From NCBI GenBank assembly GCA_913055735.1, contig CAJXKD010000003.1, positions 6,561 to 70,560 of the forward strand: DNA of 64,000 nt. The letters run 5' to 3'. The stretch comes from an uncultured Rhodospirillales bacterium (GTDB taxonomy: Bacteria > Pseudomonadota > Alphaproteobacteria > Rhodospirillales > UBA2165). The notes beneath the pieces are model-generated. The model saw only the letters and a list, made by a program, of their open reading frames with translations. It had not been told where the DNA came from and did not search any database. Both the position numbers and the translations under genes were made by a program. Shown one piece after another: positions 8,208 to 15,800 of the stretch (the stretch's first letter is position 1; the number at the start of each line of letters is the position of its first letter).

Positions 8208-11200
8208 CCGGAAACAGTTCGCTCCTACAACAGCTCTACGACGCGCTGTTCCCGTCGGGTTGGGAGCCGGCGCCGGTCACGCTGGACAGCCCGAATGTGC
8301 CGGCCGCGATTACAGGTCTGTTCAAGTCCATGCTGGGCGGCAGTGCCGACAGCTTGACCGTCGACGGTATCGCCGCGAAACCGCTTGCGCCGGGCGACAG
8401 CCTCGTGTTCTCCGGGACGACCGTGTCCCTCTTCGCCGGCAACTCGGTCAGTGTCACGGCGACCTTCACCGAAGTTACCTCGCCTACGCCCGCGCTGGTC
8501 CTTAAGCTCGTAATGAGTCCATCGGGCAGCGTCACGCTCGACGGCCTGCTCACGGCCTACGGGATCATCCCGTCGTCGCTGACCGACGGCTATACATATC
8601 CGTCCATGGCCCTGCCCGGTGTCACATTTACATTCGACTCGCAGGCCCCATCGCTTGCTGTCGTCACGGGCGGAACGGCCAATCCGCTGCTTTCCGATTT
8701 TCCGTCGATCAAAAGCATCCTTCCCGCCGACTTGACGGCCGGCATCGACATCACCGTCGATCCATCGACGGGGTTGCGCAATTTCGCCGTCGAACTCAGC
8801 GGCAACATCACGCTGGGATCGACGCACACCGTGTCGGTCGGCATACCGCTTGGGCTTTCGACCGCGTGGCAGTTGCAGGTCCGCCCTGCGAGTGGCGGCG
8901 GGACCGGGTTCGATCTTTCGAAACTCGACATCGGTCCGTTCTCGGACGCGATCGGCGACATAACGGGCCTCATGCCGTCTTCAGTGACGAAAAAGATCCA
9001 GCTGCAGTATCTCGGCATCACCTTCTTTCTGAAACCGTCGCCTTCCATCTATTCCGCATCGATCATCGTTGCGACCACCGAACCCTGGAACATCGTTACC
9101 AATGTGTTTTCGGCGACGAGTCTCGCGTTATATGTCAACGTGCAGAAGAAATTCTCGGGTTCGGGCTACGACTATCACATCAAGTTCCAGGGCCAGGCGC
9201 ATATCGGCGCGCCGGGGGATCAGGGCTTCAACGTTCAAGTCAAAGCGACGCTCTCGCCCGGCGCCGATACGATTACCTTCACCGCTCGGGACATTACCGT
9301 CGAAAAGATCTGGAACACGCTGGAAACGGCTTTCGACGTCGACATAGACATGTTCCCGCCGGGCGTGTCGTCGCTCGCAACCGCGCTAGTGCTCGAATAT
9401 ATGCAGGTGGACATGACGGTATCCGGCGGCAGCGGCACGTTGCAGGGTACGGCTTTCACCGTGACCTATGAAGACCAGCTCAAACCGCCCTGGTTCCACA
9501 ACGTTTATCTGGACAGCGGTGCTAGCGTTTCCATGGCGCTTCAGCGCAATAATACGACAAAAAAACAGGAACTCGCCCGCGCGTCGGTGGAGGGCACAAT
9601 GGTGTTCGGGCCGGTCACGGTCGGCGTGGCCCTGACGCGGCCATCGGCATCCGTGGGGTGGGGACTTTCCGTCACGTCGGAAAAGGTTGTTCTGCCCTCG
9701 ATTTCGGACCTCGCGTCGTTCGCCGGTGGGGGCACGCTGGAAAACCTGTTGCCCGCGGGCGTGCGCAATACGGGCAATTTCGTCATTTTCGATCTCAATA
9801 TCGATGTGCATCTCGCCCGGCCGTATCTTCAGAACCTGTCTTTCACCCTGTCCTATTCCGATACCAGCCCGCCCTGGGTGCTGATCCCGCGCTATTTCTC
9901 CGTCGACGATGTCACCGTAATCGCCCATATCACCCCGCAGCCGTCGGGTACCGATGTTTTCACCGGTTATGTCAGCGGCATCGTAACCATCGCGGGCGTC
10001 GGCGTATCGTTGGCTGCGCAGAAGGATGCGGCAACCGACCCCTGGACCTTTACGGGAAAGACAATGAGCTCGATAACGGTCGAGCTTCAGGACATCGCGA
10101 CGGATTTCGGCATCCCGTCTGCGCTCGTCAGCGCGCTGCCTGCCAGCCTGACCGTCGAAAGTCTCGATGTCACCGCGGTGCCGTCGACCGGCGCGTTTTC
10201 TACCGATGTCACGATCACCATGGGAACAGACTGGCCGTTCGAGAGTCTTCAGCTCAGCGACGTCAGTTTCGATATTTCCCGCACAAAGGAACATGTCGAT
10301 GCGCAGATCAGTGGAAACATCGTATTGGGCTCGGGGCAGGGGGCGCCGACGCTTGACCTCACGGCCGACTACGACAGTACCGGAGGATGGACGTTCAGCG
10401 GTGGCCTGGCAGCCGCCGACAGCCTCAAGGCGAGTGATCTCTTAAGCGAGTTTTTGCCCGACCTGCCGTTTCCGGACTTGACTGTTAACCGGCTGAATTT
10501 CACCGGACAGCCGTCCACAAAGAGTTACACCTTCTCGCTCGCCTGCGACTGGAGCATCGATCTGGAGGGGTTGGACCTCGGAGATCTGGATGTGACGGCC
10601 TCGGCAAACCTCGTCTACGACGCCAAAAATAGTCCCGCGTATACCGGTAGTACGATCGAGGGAACGTTAGACTTCCACGGTCTCAGCCTGTCCGCCGGGC
10701 TGACGATCGAATCGGCGACCGGAAAAAATTATACGTTCGCCTTTCTGGGCGTGACGGGCGGCTACAGTCCCTCCGCGAACACCATCACCTTCTCGCTGGC
10801 GAACGAATCCGTCGGTGACATGGTCACGCTTCTGGTCAAAGCGGCGACCGGCCAGAACATCACCTTGCCGGAGCCATGGAGCGCGTTAAACGAGGTCGAG
10901 CTCAACGATTTCGAGCTTGTCTTCAAGGCCCCGCCGAGCGGCAATAAGACGGTGGAGCTTTCCTGCGATATCGGCCTCAACCTCGAAATTGCGAAAATCG
11001 AATCTTTCGGATTGCTCTACGACTGCACGACACGCAACGTGAAGGTTCAGATGACCGGTACGTTCCTCGGGTTGCCGATGGAGAGCAATCCGGCCTTCCA
11101 GAAATGGAACGCGAACGACCCCAGCACCGCGCCGTCGGTTCCCGGTAAGGGAAAGAATTATTTCGAGCTCAACCTGCTCGGCCTTGGCCAGCACATTGAA

Positions 11201-12802
11201 TTGTCACCGTCGCCCGATACGATGCAGCAGGCGTTGGCAGAATTGCGGGGGCTGTTCAACGAGCCCGGCGTGCCGCAAGACCTCACCTACAGTCAGCAAG
11301 CCGGATGGCTGATCACGACACAGTTCACTGTTCTTGACATGATCGAGATCGGCATCCTGTTCGACGATCCGAACATGTACGGGTTGTTGATCACGGTCAG
11401 CAAAGGCAATTTTCAAGGACTCGAATTCGAGGTTCTCTACAAGAGGATCAACGCGAACGTCGGTGTGTTCTATGTCGAGTTCTCTCTGCCCAACTATCTT
11501 CGCCATCTGCAATTCGGCGCAGTTTCGGTCACGCTGCCGGATCTCGGCGTGTGGATCTATACCAACGGCGGCTTCAAGATCGACGTCGGGTTCCCCTACA
11601 ACGATAACTTTTCCCAATCCGGCGGGGCACAGGTGTTCCCGTTCGTGGGGGCGGGCGGCTTCTATTTCGGTGTTCTCCACGGCGAGACCGATCCGCAACT
11701 CCCCACGATCACGGCCCCCCAGGGCGGAAACTTCAATCCGGTAATCGAGTTCGGTATCGGACTGCAACTCGGGCTCGGAAAGGGAATTAACAGGGGACCG
11801 GTGACCGCCGAGATCAAGATCGCGGTCGAGGGCATCCTCGAGGGCACGCTCGCTCCATATCATCCGTACAACCCGGACATCCATGATTCCGGCACAGAAA
11901 ACTTCTATTATTACCTGCAGGCTCAGATCGGTATCGTCGGCGTGGTCCGCGGCGCCGTGAATCTTGCGATAATCACCGCCAGCCTGAGCCTCGTTGCCAA
12001 GGTGATCGCAACCGCGATCATTGAGGCGCACAGGGCGATAGAGTTGGGCCTCACGGCCAGCGCCACGATCGAGGTGACGGTCACGATCAATCTCTGGCTG
12101 TTTTCGATCCACATTCATCTGCACTTCGATTTCTCGGTCAGTGAGCATTTCACGCTCGGCCATAACACGCTCGGTCCGTGGGATGCCGGTTATGTCGGTG
12201 CTGCGCCGCGTTGGAGCATCACAGCGTTCCAGGCAACGCTGCCGCCGCCAGCGCCGATGAACTGGCAGGCGCCCGCGCCCGTGGTGCCGCCGCAGTCCAT
12301 GGACCTCTATTTCGTTCCGAAGTTCACCGTCACGGCGGCCACGGCGTGGGAGGTACAGATGGAAGCGATGCTGCTTGTCGATGCGCCGAGCGCTAGCAAC
12401 CCCACGGCGGACACGTCGTTCAATCGCCTTTCCGAAGCACTTCTTCTCTGGACCTTCAACGCCCTGATCGATCCGACGAAGCCGCTCGACGATATCCTAG
12501 ATCAGGAAGTCACGTTGGACGGCATACTTGGTCTGCAGGCCTATATCGAAGCGCAGGATGACGGCGTGCCCGTGGAGACGATCACGCCCGACGATCTCGA
12601 GTTCTTCTTCAAGAACTATATGGACGTCGAAATCCATTCGGGCGCTTCGATGGTACCGCCGGCTGGCGGCACCTTTAGCGCCTTCCCGATGCTGCCATAT
12701 CTCGAAATGGCGACGCCTGCAAAAACGGTCGATTTCAGCCAGCCATCCTGCGACGGAAACTACTTCCGGCAGATTCGTGCGGCGTTCGAGGGCTGGGCAT
12801 GA
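8204..12802 (+). CDS. giant hypothetical protein (1532 aa)
   Basis: Uninterrupted 4.6-kb ORF with a GGGAGG RBS 5 nt upstream. It has ATGA start/stop overlaps with both neighbours. Ser/Thr/Gly/Val-rich strand-like sequence. A Gly/aromatic-rich segment (GGFKIDVGFPYNDNF...FPFVGAGGFYFGV) is followed by a long hydrophobic stretch (AVNLAIITASLSLVAKVIATAIIEA). No signal peptide or P-loop. No family recognised. Confidence 0.85.
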   Translation: MTGNSSLLQQLYDALFPSGWEPAPVTLDSPNVPAAITGLFKSMLGGSADSLTVDGIAAKPLAPGDSLVFSGTTVSLFAGNSVSVTATFTEVTSPTPALVLKLVMSPSGSVTLDGLLTAYGIIPSSLTDGYTYPSMALPGVTFTFDSQAPSLAVVTGGTANPLLSDFPSIKSILPADLTAGIDITVDPSTGLRNFAVELSGNITLGSTHTVSVGIPLGLSTAWQLQVRPASGGGTGFDLSKLDIGPFSDAIGDITGLMPSSVTKKIQLQYLGITFFLKPSPSIYSASIIVATTEPWNIVTNVFSATSLALYVNVQKKFSGSGYDYHIKFQGQAHIGAPGDQGFNVQVKATLSPGADTITFTARDITVEKIWNTLETAFDVDIDMFPPGVSSLATALVLEYMQVDMTVSGGSGTLQGTAFTVTYEDQLKPPWFHNVYLDSGASVSMALQRNNTTKKQELARASVEGTMVFGPVTVGVALTRPSASVGWGLSVTSEKVVLPSISDLASFAGGGTLENLLPAGVRNTGNFVIFDLNIDVHLARPYLQNLSFTLSYSDTSPPWVLIPRYFSVDDVTVIAHITPQPSGTDVFTGYVSGIVTIAGVGVSLAAQKDAATDPWTFTGKTMSSITVELQDIATDFGIPSALVSALPASLTVESLDVTAVPSTGAFSTDVTITMGTDWPFESLQLSDVSFDISRTKEHVDAQISGNIVLGSGQGAPTLDLTADYDSTGGWTFSGGLAAADSLKASDLLSEFLPDLPFPDLTVNRLNFTGQPSTKSYTFSLACDWSIDLEGLDLGDLDVTASANLVYDAKNSPAYTGSTIEGTLDFHGLSLSAGLTIESATGKNYTFAFLGVTGGYSPSANTITFSLANESVGDMVTLLVKAATGQNITLPEPWSALNEVELNDFELVFKAPPSGNKTVELSCDIGLNLEIAKIESFGLLYDCTTRNVKVQMTGTFLGLPMESNPAFQKWNANDPSTAPSVPGKGKNYFELNLLGLGQHIELSPSPDTMQQALAELRGLFNEPGVPQDLTYSQQAGWLITTQFTVLDMIEIGILFDDPNMYGLLITVSKGNFQGLEFEVLYKRINANVGVFYVEFSLPNYLRHLQFGAVSVTLPDLGVWIYTNGGFKIDVGFPYNDNFSQSGGAQVFPFVGAGGFYFGVLHGETDPQLPTITAPQGGNFNPVIEFGIGLQLGLGKGINRGPVTAEIKIAVEGILEGTLAPYHPYNPDIHDSGTENFYYYLQAQIGIVGVVRGAVNLAIITASLSLVAKVIATAIIEAHRAIELGLTASATIEVTVTINLWLFSIHIHLHFDFSVSEHFTLGHNTLGPWDAGYVGAAPRWSITAFQATLPPPAPMNWQAPAPVVPPQSMDLYFVPKFTVTAATAWEVQMEAMLLVDAPSASNPTADTSFNRLSEALLLWTFNALIDPTKPLDDILDQEVTLDGILGLQAYIEAQDDGVPVETITPDDLEFFFKNYMDVEIHSGASMVPPAGGTFSAFPMLPYLEMATPAKTVDFSQPSCDGNYFRQIRAAFEGWA

Positions 12803-15800
12803 CCAGCCTCACACCTCCACCCCCGCCTCCCGGCGCAACGGGAATTACCGCCGGCGCCACTGGGCCGCTGAACGCGTTTATGCTGATCGACTACATGAAC
12901 CTGATCATCAAGGAGGGCGTGAACGACGCGGTTTCGGAATTCCGTGCGACGACCGTTGTTCCCGGCACAACCGGACCGAAAAGCCTCTCGCAACTCGCCG
13001 CCGCCTATCCCCCGAATAGCCAAGCGCCGACTGGGGTTTCGCGTATCGTTCAGATTGCACAGGCGAATCAGCAGATCCCGCTCGCTACGGGAACGACGAT
13101 GACGTTCTCCGACGTTTCCTTCGTTCCGTCCCCGGGGGCGACGCTGGGCGGAATTGCACAACGGTTCGACGTTGCCGCCACCGCGCTTGCCAGCGTGGAA
13201 AACAATCCTCAGCTCAGCTATCAGACGTTGCCGTCCGGCGTGACCGCGGTTCAGCTTGCGGGACCAACCGGCGAGACGGCCGTCGGCGTGACCGGCGGCG
13301 CGTCATTCCAGGATGTCGCACGGCGGTACGGCATCACAGGCCCGACGGCAATCGACTCCGCGCTGATCTGGCCCAACCTGGATGTGGTGGATCGCTTGCT
13401 AGTGCCCGGACAGCCGGTACACATCCCGACCTTCTCGCAGGCTGTGACCGGACCAGTTTCTCTGGCTTCGCTCGCAGCGTACTACAACTTGTCGCTGGAT
13501 GCGGTTGCGACACAGAACGCAGATACGCCGATTTTCGGTGAAACCGCCTCGGTAGCGGTCCCCCAGGCGCAAACGATGACGGTCGGACATCTGATCAGTC
13601 GTCTGATGGCAGATGGGTTTGACCAGAAGATCGCCGGCCTGGCGGGACGTGCGCTGCTGCATGGTCTTCGCGTTCCCTATCCCGGCCAGAGGGCTGGTCC
13701 GCGGGTGGGACTGTTTGAAGTCACCGGTCAGCAAGTGGGCGTGTCCGGGTTGACGGCAGACAGCTTGGTGACGCTGGGCTACCCCGGGCCGACCGCGCCG
13801 GCGTGGCTTCATTTTGCGGCGCTGTCGCCGACCGGGGTGACAGCGCACGGAAGCAGCCTTCCCATCGGCGTTACGGGTGCGACCGGGACGACCGGCGCGA
13901 CAGGTATAACCGGAACGACCGGTGCCACGGGCCCTGCGCCGCATCCACATGTCGCCTTTCCGGTCGGTGTAACCGGCATGGCCTATATCGAGCGCCTCGC
14001 CGGTGCCACGGCGTATAGTCCGACCGGCAGTTTTGTAGAGTTGCAGCCGTATCATATCTATCAGCGAAGCTTCACGTTACCGCACAGCATCACATGGAAC
14101 GTGCCACAAAATCCACCCGGCCCTACCGGGATCGTTCCTGTTGGTCCGACCGGTTCGTATGGGAGCCCTGCCGCGACTGGCGATACCGGTGCGTCTCCGA
14201 TGGGGACCTATTTCATTCGGGCCTTCCCCAGCAAGCTTCGGGACCTGCTTCAGACGGGGGCAACCGGTTCTAAGACGACGCCTTTCTCGGTGATTAAGCG
14301 CGATAATCCGGCACCTGGTGCGACGGCGGCGGTGGAGCAGGTCACTCCATACGCATTCACAACAATGATCCAGGTGAATGTTTCGCAGGTGCCGCAGGAG
14401 AACGGAACCAGCGAATTCGTGTACGCCCTTCAGGGAACCAGCGAGGCCGATAAATCGCTGCTTGCGACGCTTCTCGCACAACCGATGGCGCCGCAGGCCA
14501 TCTTCCTACTCTATCCCGCGCGGGGCGCGCAGAAAGGCCAGAAAAACGCTCCCGTCGCGCTTAGTTCCGACCAGGAGCCAACGGCCTTCATTTTCCACAC
14601 CAACCCGACGACAACCTCCGTGCCGCATGGCGGCGAGATCTGGTCTGCAAACGCGCGTTTGCTGGCCGGGGGCGTAGTCAGCAGCCAAGCCGTCAATTTC
14701 CTTCAGCAGATATGGGAGGTTGACGAGGTGAACCAGGGTGGGTTCTACCTCTACTATCGTACGGCGGAGGGGAAGGGGCTGCCATCCTACCTGTTCAGCC
14801 AGAAGCCGAACGCGACGGTGACGGTCCTCATGCCTTATGGCGTTGCGTCGGAAAACACACCCTCGGGCCTCGGATACCTGATTCCGCGTTATGTGAACAG
14901 CATCGTGCTCGACACCGCCGCGAGCGCAAAAAATCAGGGCTTGTATGTTGAGCCCGTCGGGCCCGCGTCGGGATTTGATGCGGCGCTTCAGGTCAAGACA
15001 CCGACCATACATCCCGGCACGGTGGCATTTGAGATCAGCCGTCCAAACCCGAACTACGCGCCTGGTCCCACGGTGACGACAGCGCACGAACTCGATGAAC
15101 TCTACAGCATCGTCGAGGCGAACATTCCGGCACAGGCGGGTTGGGCGGCTAGCCGGCCCGGTCTGCCGGTTGGTCCGCGCAATCCCAGTCCCGGCATCAC
15201 CGCGGGACCCTCGCCGAGTTTTACCTATGACATCGGTTTCCCGATATCGCACCTTGCCATCGGACCGCCCGGCGTCACCGGTCCGACGGGCACCACCGGG
15301 CCGAGTGCGCTTAACAACCCGTATGCAGGTGTCGGCGAGACCCTCACCGTCCAGTTCGATCTGTTCGACATTTTTGGAAATACCCTGCGACCATCGGACG
15401 GCCCCGCTTGGCTTTCGACAACGACGCTGCCCGGCTACACCGATTATCTGGTCGGAATAGACAATTGGCCGCAGGTGGGCCGAAGCTATTCCGTCGACAG
15501 CGCGCAGAACATTCAGATCAACCTCACGTTTAATGCCAACTATTTCTATGAAATCTATGAGGCGGACAAGGGAACGCAGCCGGACTACGTCTCGGCCGTG
15601 CTTGATGCGGCGGAGACAGTGCAGCAAACGTTCGAAAAAATATACTACCAGCTCAGTCGTCCGGATGTTTCCGCGACCATCGTTACGAGCTTTGATCCGG
15701 ATAGCAGTAACGATGTGACGGTGTCGCTTCGCGATTTCGTGACGGCCTGCTGGGTCAAAGTCTGCGGGATCGTCGAGACGCTCCGGAAGAAGAGAGCCCT

